A DNA stretch of 62,788 bases, counting the filler. It is 6 parts of 6 records of this genome, joined end to end, with 100 filler letters (N's around TTAATTAATTAA, not from the genome) between each part and the next. Parts side by side here need not be neighbours in the genome. Positions count along the whole stretch, not along the records: positions 32,289 to 50,108 come from DRR723986_4340; positions 50,209 to 57,428 come from DRR723986_4342; 4 more parts are not named here. One strand, 5' to 3'. Under the pieces are notes generated by a model. The model did no database searches, was not told where the DNA came from, and saw nothing but the letters and a program-made list of their open reading frames with translations. Shown here one piece after another: positions 43,201 to 53,442 of this stretch. The position numbers and the translations under genes are program-made. How positions within the stretch are numbered: position 1 is the first letter of the stretch; the number at the start of each line of letters is the position of its first letter.

Positions 43201-44012
43201 GCATTGATGCATATCTGCAGGTCTGCCAGCAGTCCGGAAATAGTCTGGTAGCGTTCCGCCGCCGATTTGGCCAGCAGACGCGCCACAATTGAGGCTACGG
43301 ACTCTGGTATGTCCGGACGAACTTCGGCCAGTGACCGCGGAGTCTTGGCCAGGTGCGCATGCACCAGCTCTATAGGTTCTTCCAGGTCAAAGGGCAGGCC
43401 GCCTGAAAGGAGTTCGTAAAACGTCACTCCCAGGGAATAGAAGTCTGTGCGGTAGTCAAATGGCTGATTTAATCGTCCAGTCAGTTCGGGGGAGATATAC
43501 CGTAAATCGCCATCCAGCCTTTCCACTGCGCGAAATGCCTGGCGTCGAGAATTGATGCGCACTGCTGAGCGGTAGTCTATCAGGCGTACGTCTGTAGCAT
43601 CTCCGGAAAGGATAATATTGCGTGAGTTCAAGTCACCATGGATTAGGCCGCGATCGTGCAAGGTGTCCAGGCGTTGGGCGATCAGTTTTGCGATTTCGAG
43701 GGCTTCGCGAATTGGTGGAGCGCCGCCCTGGATATAGGCCAGAAGGTTGATCATCGAGCGATCTTCAAAGACGATCGCCGTAGCGGCTCCAACTGACTCT
43801 AGCGAGACGAGTGGGGCGCCGACGTCTCCGGCTTTGCAGCCCATATCGTATTCACGGCGCAATTGCATCAATTCTGATTGCGTCGGAAGTTCGCTATTGG
43901 GCAGTTTGATAATTACCGCTTTACCATCGCTGATACGTTTGGCACGCACCACGCTGGTTCTGCTGCTTTCGTGCAGAGTGTTGGTAATCTTAAAACCAGG
44001 AACAGTGCGCAT
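37275..44012 (-). CDS. Giant hybrid sensor: kinase-like - AAA ATPase - GAF - HisKA/HATPase - REC domains
   Basis: [30 protein letters not shown] (YAENNL), [21 protein letters not shown], two FMD-containing RECs plus one degenerate REC. Confidence 0.95.
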   Translation of the reverse strand: MRTVPGFKITNTLHESSRTSVVRAKRISDGKAVIIKLPNSELPTQSELMQLRREYDMGCKAGDVGAPLVSLESVGAATAIVFEDRSMINLLAYIQGGAPPIREALEIAKLIAQRLDTLHDRGLIHGDLNSRNIILSGDATDVRLIDYRSAVRINSRRQAFRAVERLDGDLRYISPELTGRLNQPFDYRTDFYSLGVTFYELLSGGLPFDLEEPIELVHAHLAKTPRSLAEVRPDIPESVASIVARLLAKSAAERYQTISGLLADLQICINAIEKGLKLNNFIAGEQDIQNVLQLPQTLYGRDSEINALDQTVERVCNGSHEVVLLAGEAGIGKTALVSFLQQRLFERRLNFATISFNQAEDRLPFSQFIAAIRPVIRLILTESQESIQRWRSRFLEQLSAEIPHLISLIPELELIVGKQTASEAGSRSRNANDRLLIVLLRVLASKESPLILFLDEIESAGEQSLQLVESVALDKENEHLLVLTAYRDTDIEPDHPISMLLESCFEAEVEVNALLLEPLTRDACLSLLADMFQRPVDELQELGDVLLSKTRGNPYFLLEFLKELHGESLVSVNNTERTWRWNLSAIKDRSASHNVIDVMLRQIGEFVPETQEVLQIAACIGLRFSLKVLALSCNRTPESIFQSIAPTIESGLVLTAAGANRIAEDEGDTVFEFAHDRIRSAARSMLAGSRAERMHLAIGRVLLDSLSDNPRDAELFAVVRQFEQATPPPEYHQRLRELNTNAAMRAAARSDYSVALRFLLGAVDLIDENAWAATNAMQTAELLRLTGRIALLCSQFDVAHHVVDRILQQNLSNESQAYAHALNVTALIMQSRQMEALHEALQAIKLFGIDPTAIATEKESRTVELKIQLSVCRLRNSDWLRIPMCSNPDYIVVSQLLYLAGFAAAQSDSSLLSRILLCSLQVTFKFGMSAETPLLLSQIATLLAGRPSLVEQAKHLSLIADELSRKKSNRTILKICQVQYHANVSPWSGKWESAIANLEQIEHDHKDEINSIADACYAKAFLKLASGAELVELSRELNSTLKLLEHSGLTFEAQLTAMIKQAAIKLSTGPDGDVNLVGEAYDDDEWANRHIEERQFPLVFRAASLKTMIAVYYRQYELALEFAEQAHWAAQHCALGYAYYILLFHEALAIAGRHRSSTDLYSRRVLTQLLRMRLHDLQSCARFSPEIFKHKAELVAAELARIEGRHWDAAGLFDQALESASRTSMVNEVALINEHAAQFYLDASRTSFAESYLRESYYAYVAWHAEQKALDIERLINALTSSTFSSKSVGPQAGAARQSKDSTPAAAANNLDVSTILKASQAISGEIRIDALFSSLIGALMENAGAERVVLLAERSGEWRMLAEGRSRDSNQVEIFERPQSTNDRLPKSLINFVARTGERVVIHDATTHDQFARDPFVIVKQPRSVLSAPLQNQGRITAIVYAENNLTTGAFTPDRMIVLETLASQAAISIQNAELYLKLEEYSRTLEEKVEQRTSQLALMTDEARTASEAAERANLAKSAFLANMSHEIRTPMNAVIGMTDLLLESRLEDDQRELVEIVRSSGETLLNLINDILDFSKIEAGRLELEQRTFNLRRCIENALDLLAVRAGSKNLNIAYRMPSNVPESILGDETRLGQVLVNLLGNAIKFTEKGQIICEVAVQENPPDSATADASQVLLQFTVRDSGIGIPADRLNRLFRSFSQVDTSTTRKYGGTGLGLAISRRLAELMGGKMWVESEFGQGSEFKFTIKAKVQSSLPINLPPQLTATVAHKSVMLLEPDPVIRGILAEILEEWGLQIFEKQSLAKNKDGHQTSTALAPADDKDIEQTADTKSKKTHPDLIIEAMLPDAQPASANPASAASQSSIPTIVLWPPGVRRGGNSGKAVISIAKPIKPINLAKALITALTGSAPESPGPPSGKKSVFDATIARRFPRKILLVEDNPVNQKLAVKLLARFGYKVEIRSNGLEACEEVRKNWYDVVFMDVQMPVMDGLTAVRTMRADKELKRQPYVIAMTANAMEEDRKNCLEAGMNDYVSKPVRPPALSEVLKKAPYSRVAAESPESASAQDQTKVAENQAGAKSEAHTQAGSASNAQDSKPAASNNQADTAPNSLNSSQDSSEQQNHVVLVVDDNAVNRRLMQRMLFKLGYNCVLASDGLEAFEYVKNHAVDVVFMDLHMPLMDGIEATRSIRSSSAVFKQPVIIALTADASPEDRRQCQQVGMDDVMTKPVRQQVLDEKLKLCMKVPS

Positions 44013-44385
44013 TCAGTATCAACCGGAAAAACTAGGATACGCATTCAATTCTCGCTCATGCTGGCGCTACGATGAGCAAATATAGTAGAAATCCGCTGTA
44101 TTTGCGGACTCATCCCAACTTTTACACCGGAATAATTGTAATTGAGGTCTTTACAAACGTAAACGTTGTTACGGATTGGGAACTGCATGCGCCAAACGAG
44201 CGCAATTGAGTGCTCTTGAGGCTGCGCCATAGCGGAAAACTGACCGAAACAACACACCTGTCTAAAAGCAAAACAAAAAAATCATGCCTCAGGTGGCCAA
44301 ATTCGTGACCAAGTGTCAAGTGAGAGATTACTCAGCATATTCCACTGAACGTGGATGTCCCCAAAAACTAGCTGGAAGTAGAGCA

Positions 44386-44619
44386 ATGCTCAAATCTATA
44401 ATCAAACTATTGCGTGATGCGGCTGAAGACCTTAGCAGTCCTGAACGTAAAAATGAGTCGGACGATCCTCTTGAGCCGGCCTATGCAGGTGCAAATCCTG
44501 ACATGCTGAGCGATGTGGCACTGCGCCACACAAAACGCGCTCACTGCCGCTCAGGCATGATGCATCAGCGCTGCGAAGACGTCGTTGATTTACGCTTTCG
44601 TGAGATCCATTCTCGCTGA
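44386..44619 (+). CDS. Small hypothetical protein
   Basis: 77-aa ORF MLKSIIKLLRD..., divergent from the giant kinase; its stop lies within a tandem repeat. Confidence 0.45.
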   Translation: MLKSIIKLLRDAAEDLSSPERKNESDDPLEPAYAGANPDMLSDVALRHTKRAHCRSGMMHQRCEDVVDLRFREIHSR

Positions 44620-44646
44620 TGATTCTCGCTGATGATTCTCGCTGAT
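44609..44646 (+). repeat. 13-bp tandem repeat x3 (ATTCTCGCTGATG)
   Basis: Read directly from sequence. Confidence 0.95.
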
Positions 44647-44770
44647 AATTGCAAGTCGTGCTATTCTGACAATTGAAATTTGGTATCGTTCGAATATTTC
44701 TAATGTAGCGGCCACCCATTCCACCCACACGTATGGACCGCTCGGCTGAGTTCTGGTTTTCTGTTTATGC

Positions 44771-45358
44771 CTACGTTTTAAGCTGATTGAAGATGCTCCG
44801 AATCTTTGGCTGCGTGATCCAGACGCCAATCGGAAAGAAAAATAGTAAGACAAAATTCTGTATGACTTCTGCAAACACCGGTTTGCGCTGGACTTCTATG
44901 ATAGTCAGGCGTTGTGCCACGTAGTACACTGTATAATAGATGCTAAAACCCGCATAGAGCTGCGCCGGAATCAACAAGCCCAGTACCAACGTGTATTCTT
45001 CACCAAAAGAACCATTTCTGAATAAGTCAGCCAGCAGGAAGGCAAACGCCAGCAGGTACATCAGACAGTAGATGATGCTGAAACTAAAAAATGCAAAGTG
45101 CGGTGCCAGTGTAGATTGAGTGATGCGCCCGAGCGAAGAGCCAACTGAATGCAACCACAACAACCACGGAAAAGCGGCGAATGTCACTGCCAGCACGATG
45201 ATAATGGGTGTATACGCACCCTGTGGCAGCAAGACAAATACCAGAATTGCCGGAATCGTGCATATCGCGAACAGCTGCCAGGCTTTTGCCGTCAGAAAAA
45301 ATTCGAGGGGTGATTTGTTTGAAGTCTTTTTGGGCTGCAATTCGAATCCTGAATGCAA
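44771..45358 (-). CDS. Hypothetical membrane protein
   Basis: FLTAKAWQLF...WLHSVG...FFPIGVWITQPKI; about 5 TM. Confidence 0.75.
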   Translation of the reverse strand: MHSGFELQPKKTSNKSPLEFFLTAKAWQLFAICTIPAILVFVLLPQGAYTPIIIVLAVTFAAFPWLLWLHSVGSSLGRITQSTLAPHFAFFSFSIIYCLMYLLAFAFLLADLFRNGSFGEEYTLVLGLLIPAQLYAGFSIYYTVYYVAQRLTIIEVQRKPVFAEVIQNFVLLFFFPIGVWITQPKIRSIFNQLKT

Positions 45359-45485
45359 TCGTCAGCCGGAGTCGGCATTCGGCGTTGGGAGAGTAAGGCC
45401 GGCCGCCAATTGCGTGATGGATCTGAACCTTAAACAGGGCCATTTTGTCTAGGCAGCAAGCTACAAAAATTTTGTGCCGTCCTGT

Positions 45486-45572
45486 GTAATCATTCTGTAA
45501 AACCACGCCGTAAAACCACGCCGTAGATCACGTTGTAAAACCACGCCGTTAATCGCGCTGTAAAACAATTCT
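45486..45572 (+). repeat. Degenerate 11-13-bp tandem array (GTAAAACCACGCC core, about 7 units)
   Basis: Three exact GTAAAACCACGCC units plus GTAATCATTCT, GTAGATCACGTT, GTTAATCGCGCT, GTAAAACAATTCT. Confidence 0.85.
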
Positions 45573-45796
45573 GAAATACAAACTTGTAGAACAGCCCGCG
45601 CTTGCCTCCAGGTTAATGCGGTTTCACGCAATGCCATACGCTTTCCGCGTATTCAGGGCCTTTGGGTTCAACAATTATTCGCATGCTGCGGCGTGTGTGG
45701 GCCTGAATCATAGTCCAGAATTTTTTTGTTTTTATGCCTACGTGAGGCCTTGTGTTAATGAACACGCAAAATCAAAAATTGCGGCGCAAGTCTTCG

Positions 45797-46387
45797 ATGC
45801 AGTTGCGCACTTTGCATGCCGATGCAATTGCGGCCTGGGTGCCGGAGCTCTCGCGACTGCGCATCAAGGTCTTTCGCGAATATCCCTATCTGTATGAGGG
45901 ATCGGAGACCGAAGAGAGTGAATACCTGCAATCGTTTGTTGAAGCACGTGACAGCGTTCTGATTCTGGCCCTGGATGGGGAGGCGGTCGTCGGTGCTTCT
46001 ACGGGTATGCCGCTGGATCAGTCCGAAGCACTTTTTCAAACGCCCTGGATTCAAGCCGGCTACGAGCCACAAAATTTTTTCTACTTCGCTGAGTCGGTGC
46101 TTTTGCCCGCGTATCGCGGATGTGGAATCGGGCGCGACTTCATGCAAAAGCGTGAGGATTTTGCGGTGCAGCTTGGGCGTTTTACACATGCCACACTTTG
46201 TGGCGTGGTGCGGCCTGGCAGTGCTGCTCCGCAGTCGTACCGCTCACCGGAACATCTCTGGAAACGCTGTGGTTTTGAATCTCGGCCCGATCTTGAGGCT
46301 CTTCTCTCCTGGACCGAGATAGGGCAATCTGTGGAAACCGAAAAGAGAATGCGTTTCTGGTGGAAAGCCCTGCGTACAACTACATGA
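45797..46387 (+). CDS. GNAT acetyltransferase
   Basis: LRIKVFREYPYLYEG, VVGASTGMPL, ESVLLPAYRGCGIG. Confidence 0.88.
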   Translation: MQLRTLHADAIAAWVPELSRLRIKVFREYPYLYEGSETEESEYLQSFVEARDSVLILALDGEAVVGASTGMPLDQSEALFQTPWIQAGYEPQNFFYFAESVLLPAYRGCGIGRDFMQKREDFAVQLGRFTHATLCGVVRPGSAAPQSYRSPEHLWKRCGFESRPDLEALLSWTEIGQSVETEKRMRFWWKALRTTT

Positions 46388-48900
46388 AAAAGATATTAAC
46401 TATCGGCCATTGCTGCCGCATTGGAATTCTGCGTTTGAGACTGTTACACCTGTGGCTTGCGCCTCTTGTCCTCTTAGTCACCATGTTGGCTGCCTTAACG
46501 CCGGCGCATGCGCAATCTTCCAGCGAGGATCGTTCAGCAATGGGCACGGTGCTGGGAGTTGTGAATGATTCACTGCTCAAAGAACCTGTCGCTTTTGCGA
46601 GTGTGCGTATCGACGGACAGAACCGCGGCGCGATTACACGCGAAAACGGACAGTTCCTGCTGCGTTTGGCCGCAGGTGCGTATACCTTACAATTCTCACA
46701 CGTCAGTTACGGAAGCAAAAGCCGCAAAATTGACGTGACGGCGGGCGATACTCTGCGCGTGGAGATTAAACTCTCTCCGGCAGGTGTTGTCATCCCCGAA
46801 GTTGTAGTGGCACTCGAAGATCCGGGCGTTGGAATGATGCGCCGCGCGATTGCGCGCCAACAAATGCAGCGCGACTCAATTGAAAATTACAGTTACAACC
46901 TGTACACCAAGTTTGTGGCGCTGGCAGATACGAATACGGCCGGGCGCATCAGTATTCCCGACCGCGACACGGTTGTAGTTGCCATTTTTGAGTCCTACTC
47001 GAATGGTTATTTTCAGCAGCCGGACGACTACTTTAATGAGATTTACCAGCGGCGCCAGAGCGCCAATATTCCACCGCAGGCCAACTTTGTGGCTTTTGGA
47101 ACGAACCTGAACGCCTACGATGATTACGTGACGATTCTGGGCGAAGAGATATCAACGCCATTTCATCCGAATGCACTCGACTACTACGATTTTGTCTTTG
47201 AGCGCCGCCTGCGCGACGATGGCCTGGGACGTTCGGTTAATCGCATTCGCGCTACGCCCAAGTCCAATGGGCGGCGTTTGTTTGAAGGAGTTGTGTTTCT
47301 GGATGCCGATGAGTTTTATCCCACCAAAGTTGATTTGGTGCCGAACAGAGCCGTGCAGCTGCCGTTTGACGCGCAGATGACCTACAAGCAGCTCTTTGAG
47401 GAATCGGCTGGATTTGTCATGCCCAGCGGCATGCGTATTAAAACACATGTGAGTGCGGAATTCCTGTGGATTTTTGACCCGCGCCTGGATATCGATATTG
47501 AAACAGTGGCTTCAGACTACAAGTTTAACTACGATATTGATGAGGGCGTGTTCGGCCGCCGCCGCGTAGAACTAGCAGAAAACGCAGATGTTTTTGACTC
47601 GACGTATTGGTTTGACAATGCGACCGTTGTGCTCTCGGATGACGAAGAGCGCGCTTACGCGGAAATATTAACATCTATTGAAAACCCCGATTCGATTGAG
47701 GCGCGCGGCTATTTTGACCGCTATCTGGGTGATGTGCGCGACGTGATGCGGACGCTGAATCGCCGACCTTATACCGGCCTGCAGGATGTGATCCAGTACA
47801 ACAGCATCAATGGATTGCGGCTGGGATTGGGCATGTCCGACTTTGTGACTGAGAATCTGGAGATGACGGGCAAACTGGCCTATGGAACAAATGACGGCCG
47901 CGTAATGGGCGAGCTGGGAACAAATTTTTTCCTGGATGACTTGCACCGTTTTAGCATTCGCGGCAGTACGCACAGGTCGCTGTTGCGACGCGATAGCCCA
48001 TTTTTTGTGACGCAGCTGGCAATCACGCCCACGTCATTTTTGTTCGGCCCCGATTACGGTGACTATTATTATAGCGAAGGTTATCAGGCGGGAATTGGCA
48101 TCGGGCTGGGACAGGAGCGCTTTATTCGCCGTGAATTGTTTGTCAAGCCCTACTCGCTGGACTTGTTCGTCCGTCAGGAACGCCAGCAAAATGCACCTAC
48201 CGGCAGCGCCTTTGTGTTGTTTGGTGGTTCCGATCGCAAACGCGAAAACCCCGCGATATTCGGTGGAATGATGCGCACGCTGCATGCTGAGTTAAATCTT
48301 AACTACAGTCCGCTGCGGCGCATTTCTGATTTGGGAATGCGTTTAACAGCTGAAATCTCCGACCCATCGATTTTGGCCAGTGACTTCGCGTTTGAACGCT
48401 ACGAAGGCACATTGTTTTGGCGCACCGAGACGCTGCCGCTCTGGCGCCTGGACTTGCGGCTCAGTGGTGGGCTGACGCGCGGAAATACGCCGCCGCAGCG
48501 CTTCTTTAGTCCCGAGACTTCTATCTCTGGCGCGGCGGTTGACGGTTCGTTCCGTACCATGCGTGTTAAGGAGTTCTACGGCGACCGTTACCTGGCCATC
48601 AATGCAGAGCACAATTTTGGTGAAGTTATTCCCGGGATTCTTCGCATTCCGAATGTCGCTTCCTTTGGCATTGAGTTTATTGGCCTGGCCAACTTCGGCT
48701 GGTCCGATTTTGACGATCAGACGCGGCAGTTTACAGCGACTGAGCTGCCGACAATTGAGGGCACACGTCGCGGTTTATTCTACGAATTGGGAATTGGAAT
48801 TAACCGCGTTCTGATTTTCTTCCGCATTGACGTGACGGCGCGCATGACACAAAACGACGCGCCGGCGTTTAACCTGACATTTTCACGCGCTTCCTTCTAA
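46384..48900 (+). CDS. Outer-membrane protein, carboxypeptidase-regulatory-like domain + DUF5686-like barrel
   Basis: GVVNDSLLKEPVAFASV...GAITRENGQF...FSHVSY, YNSINGLRLG, EHNFG, YELGIG, C-terminal Phe. Confidence 0.82.
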   Translation: MKKILTIGHCCRIGILRLRLLHLWLAPLVLLVTMLAALTPAHAQSSSEDRSAMGTVLGVVNDSLLKEPVAFASVRIDGQNRGAITRENGQFLLRLAAGAYTLQFSHVSYGSKSRKIDVTAGDTLRVEIKLSPAGVVIPEVVVALEDPGVGMMRRAIARQQMQRDSIENYSYNLYTKFVALADTNTAGRISIPDRDTVVVAIFESYSNGYFQQPDDYFNEIYQRRQSANIPPQANFVAFGTNLNAYDDYVTILGEEISTPFHPNALDYYDFVFERRLRDDGLGRSVNRIRATPKSNGRRLFEGVVFLDADEFYPTKVDLVPNRAVQLPFDAQMTYKQLFEESAGFVMPSGMRIKTHVSAEFLWIFDPRLDIDIETVASDYKFNYDIDEGVFGRRRVELAENADVFDSTYWFDNATVVLSDDEERAYAEILTSIENPDSIEARGYFDRYLGDVRDVMRTLNRRPYTGLQDVIQYNSINGLRLGLGMSDFVTENLEMTGKLAYGTNDGRVMGELGTNFFLDDLHRFSIRGSTHRSLLRRDSPFFVTQLAITPTSFLFGPDYGDYYYSEGYQAGIGIGLGQERFIRRELFVKPYSLDLFVRQERQQNAPTGSAFVLFGGSDRKRENPAIFGGMMRTLHAELNLNYSPLRRISDLGMRLTAEISDPSILASDFAFERYEGTLFWRTETLPLWRLDLRLSGGLTRGNTPPQRFFSPETSISGAAVDGSFRTMRVKEFYGDRYLAINAEHNFGEVIPGILRIPNVASFGIEFIGLANFGWSDFDDQTRQFTATELPTIEGTRRGLFYELGIGINRVLIFFRIDVTARMTQNDAPAFNLTFSRASF

Positions 48901-48954
48901 GCGCGACTTAACATTAAGCGATTGCACTGCGAATAACAGGATGTTTGCCGAACA

Positions 48955-50034
48955 ATGGACGCTCTCAAAAATTGGTTCAACGAGGACTTCTTCCGCAAGT
49001 TGTGCGCCATGCTGCACGAAGTGGATTCCGGTATTAATCAGGCGGCGGTTTTAAAAGAGTTAATGCATGAGCTGGAGGCGCTCGAACTTAAACAGCGCAT
49101 CGAACGTGTCCAGGTTGTGTTACGCGAGCATTTGCCGCCGGATTTTGAAGAGGCCGTTAATATCCTCAAACAAATTGCACCACAGATCGACAATGGCTTT
49201 TTTGGCGTCTTTATTCCCGACTTCATTGGTCGCTACGGCGAAAAACACTTTGACTTCTCACTTGAGAGCCTGCGCGAAGTGACGCAATATTCAACCTCTG
49301 AGTTTGCCATCCGCGAGTTTCTTCGCCGCGATTTTGAGCGTACACACAAGTCGATGTTGGCCTGGTCTCAGGATGCAAACGAGCATGTGCGGCGCCTCTC
49401 CAGCGAAGGCCTGCGGCCGCGTTTGCCTTGGTCGTTTAAGTTGTTTGAGGTCATTCACAAGCCGCAGCTCTCAGCTGAAATATTGACGCGCTTATCTGCC
49501 GATACAAGTGAGTACGTGCGCAAAAGTGTTGCCAATCACGTTAACGATATCTCCAAGGACAATCCGGACTACGCACTTGATCTACTTGAGAGTTGGGACG
49601 CTCAAAACGCACACACGCGCTGGATTATTAAACATGCGGCACGCACTTTGATTAAGGCCGGCAACCCGCGCGCACTGGCACTTTTTGGATTTGAGCGCGA
49701 GCCAAAAGTTAACATAAAGATGACCAATAAAAACATGCAGGTCAAACGCGGCGATTCTTTTCAGGCTTCCTGGAACTTGCGCTCTTCGAGTGACAATGTT
49801 CAAAAACTTCTGGTTGATTACGCGATAATTTACGTCCGCCAAAACGGCAAAAACCAGCGCAAGGTGTTTAAGCTCAAGGAGTTTGAGCTGGCTCCCAAAG
49901 AGTCAATTAATTTAAGCTGCAAAACCAGTTTTCGCGATATGTCGACGCGCAAACACTACGCCGGCACTCACACCGTGGAGCTGCAGGTTAATGGTCTTGT
50001 TCTGCACGCTGAAGACTTTGAGTTTTTGGGCTGA
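48955..50034 (+). CDS. DNA alkylation repair protein (AlkC/AlkD-like HEAT) with Ig-like C-domain
   Basis: TSEFAIREF, NEHVRRLSSEGLRPRLPW, YVRKSVANHVNDISKD, KVFKLK, TRKHYAG. Confidence 0.9.
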   Translation: MDALKNWFNEDFFRKLCAMLHEVDSGINQAAVLKELMHELEALELKQRIERVQVVLREHLPPDFEEAVNILKQIAPQIDNGFFGVFIPDFIGRYGEKHFDFSLESLREVTQYSTSEFAIREFLRRDFERTHKSMLAWSQDANEHVRRLSSEGLRPRLPWSFKLFEVIHKPQLSAEILTRLSADTSEYVRKSVANHVNDISKDNPDYALDLLESWDAQNAHTRWIIKHAARTLIKAGNPRALALFGFEREPKVNIKMTNKNMQVKRGDSFQASWNLRSSSDNVQKLLVDYAIIYVRQNGKNQRKVFKLKEFELAPKESINLSCKTSFRDMSTRKHYAGTHTVELQVNGLVLHAEDFEFLG

Positions 50035-50208
50035 TGTCTGGTGGTTTATGCTTGTGTTTAAGATCGCTTTGAGCCCGTCTCTCCACTTGCAGTGTCGTTT
50101 GGTCTCAGNNNNNNNNNNNNNNNNNNNNNNNNNNNNNNNNNNNNNNNNNNNNTTAATTAATTAANNNNNNNNNNNNNNNNNNNNNNNNNNNNNNNNNNNN
50201 NNNNNNNN

Positions 50209-50622
50209 CATCGTGCCGCAATCCAGCGTGCAGATCTCAGGCAGGCATTCCGCGATATGGGCGACCCGCTCGGACGCGCCGATCATATCGGTGCCGGCTT
50301 CGTTGACCGGGAATGGCGATTCAACATTACCAAATACGATATCGCCCCCCATGCCTGCGGTCAGGTTCAGAACCACGTCGATGTCAGCATCCCGAATGCG
50401 GTCCGTCACCTCACGGTAATAGTCCAAATCCCGCGACGGCGCGCCGCTCTCGGGGTCCCGCACATGGCAGTGAACAACCGCCGCGCCCGCCTTGCCCGCG
50501 GCAATCGCGCTGTCGGCAATTTGCTGCGGTGAACGGGGCACATGAGGGCTGCGATCCTGCGTTCCACCCGACCCTGTCACGGCACAGGTAATGAAGACTT
50601 CTCGGTTCATTTCCAACGGCAT
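50209..50622 (-). CDS. 3-keto-5-aminohexanoate cleavage (BKACE/DUF849) protein, 5' part
   Basis: [33 protein letters not shown]. Confidence 0.92.
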
Positions 50623-50754
50623 TGCGTTTTCCCCTACATTTACCGTGTTTTGCCCCGGCTTATCCCCAGGCTTGTCCACGGATTCCAATTTGCGTTCATG
50701 CTCGAGTCTGGCGCAGCTTTGTCATGATAACTTTACATGATGCGAATCGACTTG

Positions 50755-51741
50755 ATGAAATCCGCAAAAAACATCCTTCAGCCTGAACATCAGGCCCTGA
50801 AAACCGCCGTGCTTGTGCTCGACGAATGCAACACGCTCAGCTTTGCTGCGGCCGTGGATCCGATGCGGGCCGCCAACCGACTTGCCGGTCGACCGGCCTT
50901 TGATTGGGACTATGTCACCGCGACGGGTGAACCGGCGCATCTGACCAGTGGGCTGGCCGTTCCCGGGCAATCCCTGACCCGGCTTGATGGCTGTGATCTG
51001 TTGATCGTCATCGCCGGTTTCCAACTTGCGCGCCATGCCACCCCCAGCCTGCTTGCCAGCCTGCGTCGGATCGCGGCCAGCGGTACAACCATTGCCGGGA
51101 TCGACGGTGGACCCTGGTTGCTGGCCGAGGCCGGATTGCTGGACGGTCATGCCGCCACCACCCATTGGGAGGATCTGGATAGCTTCGCAAGTCGGTTCCC
51201 TGATGTCTCGACCGTGCGTGATCGGTTTACCGTTTCGGAAAACCGTCTGACCAGCGGTGGGGCAATGCCCGCGATCGAAATGATGCTTCACATCATCTCA
51301 GCCCGTCATGGCGCAGGGTTCGCGGCACGGGTGTCTGGTCTGTTCCTGTACGATGGTGCCCCTGCCCCAACAAAACCCCAGTCACGCACCGGTGCCCCCC
51401 ATCGCCACAATGGCGTCACCGCCAAAGCCAACGCATTGATGGAGGCCACACTGGACGAGCCCCTGCCCGTTGCAGAAATTGCCGAGACCCTTGGCACCAG
51501 CCCACGCACCCTGCAGCAACAGTTCCGCTTGCGCCTAAACACAACGCCGCAAGACCACTACTTGCAACTGCGATTGGCTGAGGCGCGGCGTCTGGTGACG
51601 GACACCGATATGCCATTGATGGATGTTGCCGTGGCAACTGGCTTTACGTCCCAGTCCAGCTTTGCACGGTCTTTTCGCACCGCCCATCACCTGACAGCGC
51701 GCGAGTTGCGTCAGGAAAACAGCCCCCCCATGTCGCACTGA
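50755..51741 (+). CDS. GlxA-family (DJ-1 + AraC) regulator
   Basis: AVDPMRAANR, LAEAGLLDG..ATTHWED, LRLAEARRL, GFTSQSSFARSFR. Confidence 0.92.
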   Translation: MKSAKNILQPEHQALKTAVLVLDECNTLSFAAAVDPMRAANRLAGRPAFDWDYVTATGEPAHLTSGLAVPGQSLTRLDGCDLLIVIAGFQLARHATPSLLASLRRIAASGTTIAGIDGGPWLLAEAGLLDGHAATTHWEDLDSFASRFPDVSTVRDRFTVSENRLTSGGAMPAIEMMLHIISARHGAGFAARVSGLFLYDGAPAPTKPQSRTGAPHRHNGVTAKANALMEATLDEPLPVAEIAETLGTSPRTLQQQFRLRLNTTPQDHYLQLRLAEARRLVTDTDMPLMDVAVATGFTSQSSFARSFRTAHHLTARELRQENSPPMSH

Positions 51742-52011
51742 CTATTTCAGCTGACTGTCCTTGCTGCCGCGGCGGTTGATCCCGCCGCGCTGCTGACGCT
51801 GACCATCCCGGTCCTGCATGCATTCAATGCACAGCTTTACGCCCGGTATAGCTGTGCGCCTTGCTTCGGGGATAGGTTCCTCGCATTCCGCGCAATGCGT
51901 CAGGCTTTCGCCTTGCTGACCCCGACGCGCCTGCATCCGGGCCAGTTCATCGTTCACAGATGCTTCGATCTGTTCGCTCACTGCGCCGTCGCGCGCCCAT
52001 CCACCCGCCAT
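51742..52011 (-). CDS. DksA/TraR C4-zinc finger protein (YbiI-like)
   Basis: MAGGWARDGAV...CAECEEPIPEARR..PGVKLCIEC...NRRGSKDSQLK. Confidence 0.93.
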   Translation of the reverse strand: MAGGWARDGAVSEQIEASVNDELARMQARRGQQGESLTHCAECEEPIPEARRTAIPGVKLCIECMQDRDGQRQQRGGINRRGSKDSQLK

Positions 52012-52151
52012 AGCCGATCCTCTCACATTCACCCGCTTAACTGTAGATCGTCTGACGGGATGTGGCCAGACACGCAAACGACGTACAGTTACACCTTGTT
52101 CGCCACCTCCCTCTCTCTATCGTGCACTTAATCAGCTTGAGGGAGAGTAAA

Positions 52152-53333
52152 ATGCGTGGTTTTGGAAAATGGGTTGGGCGATTACTTCTGCTCATAGTGG
52201 TTGTCGGGGGGATCGGTTTCTTTGGCTTTCTTCCGCCGTATGTCGAGAAAACCCGCAACAAGGTCTTTGAACACGCCCCCTACGCTGTCACAGATACCGC
52301 CAGCGCCTTGCATGCCGATATGGTCGTCGGGGATTGGCACGCAGATAGCCTGCTTTGGTCGCGCGATCTCACGGAACGTGGAAATCGCGGGCAGGTTGAT
52401 ATTCCGCGCCTACAAGAAGGGAATGTCGCGCTCCAAGTATTTACCGCCGTCACCAAAAGCCCCGCCGGGCAAAACTACGACGAAAACTCAGACGACGCGT
52501 TTGACAACATAACCCTTTTGGCCGTCGGGCAACTTTGGCCGATGAACACATGGGACAGCTTGCTGCACCGCGCACTGTATCAAGCGGAAAAACTGCATGA
52601 GTTTGAAGAAGACGCCCCTGATCAGCTCAAGATCATTCGCACCCGCTCTGATCTGGAAGAGGTTCTAGAGGCCCGCGCAAACGGTTCCAAAATCATCGGC
52701 GGATTGCTGGGCATCGAAGGCGCGCACCCGTTAGAGGGTAAGCTCGAGAATATGGATGCCTTGGAACAGGCCGGGCATCGTGTCATCGGGTTACAGCATT
52801 TCTTTGACAATGCACTTGGCGGATCGCTGCATGGGCAATCGAACACTGGCCTGACCGACTTTGGTCGCGCTGTCGTGGCAGAAGTTAGCCAGCGTGGCAT
52901 GGTGCTGGATCTTGCGCATTCCAGTCCACAGGTGGCGTGGGACACGCTCGAAATCACGGATATGCCGCTGATCGTCAGCCACACCGGCCTGCACAGCAAT
53001 TGTCCCGTCAAACGGAACTTTAAGGATGACTTGATGAAAGCCATCGCCTCAACCGGTGGTGTCATTGGGATCGGCTACTGGGCCGAGGTGTCGTGCAATG
53101 ATTTCGCCCCAGACGGAATTGCCAAAATGATCAAAGCCTCGATTGATGTACTGGGCGAGGATCACGTGTCTTTGGGCTCTGACTATGATGGATCCGTGCA
53201 AACGAAATTTGACACCTCTGAACTGGCCGCACTGACCTCTACTTTGCTCGACGCCGGCGTGACAGAGCCCCAAATCCGCAAAGTCATGGGTGAAAACATG
53301 GTGCGTGTCCTGCGCGCGCGCCTGTCGGATTGA
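52152..53333 (+). CDS. Membrane dipeptidase (M19 family)
   Basis: DWHADSL, GQVDIPRL, GIEGAH, DLAHSS, VSHTG, LGSDYDG. Confidence 0.92.
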   Translation: MRGFGKWVGRLLLLIVVVGGIGFFGFLPPYVEKTRNKVFEHAPYAVTDTASALHADMVVGDWHADSLLWSRDLTERGNRGQVDIPRLQEGNVALQVFTAVTKSPAGQNYDENSDDAFDNITLLAVGQLWPMNTWDSLLHRALYQAEKLHEFEEDAPDQLKIIRTRSDLEEVLEARANGSKIIGGLLGIEGAHPLEGKLENMDALEQAGHRVIGLQHFFDNALGGSLHGQSNTGLTDFGRAVVAEVSQRGMVLDLAHSSPQVAWDTLEITDMPLIVSHTGLHSNCPVKRNFKDDLMKAIASTGGVIGIGYWAEVSCNDFAPDGIAKMIKASIDVLGEDHVSLGSDYDGSVQTKFDTSELAALTSTLLDAGVTEPQIRKVMGENMVRVLRARLSD

Positions 53334-53360
53334 CACTGGAACTGGGCATATCCCACCTTT

Positions 53361-53386
53361 AACGGCCCCATATCGGGGCCGTTTTC
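53361..53386 (+). terminator. Intrinsic terminator
   Basis: AACGGCCCC-ATATC-GGGGCCGTTTTC. Confidence 0.75.
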
Positions 53387-53442
53387 TGTTTGCTCTAACA
53401 AAAGTGGTCGATGTGTCGACAATTTGTCGCTAGAGGGACAGG

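Noticed and set aside
45486-45572. CRISPR array
   Set aside because: Units are contiguous 11-13-mers with no spacers, and there are no cas genes in the window.
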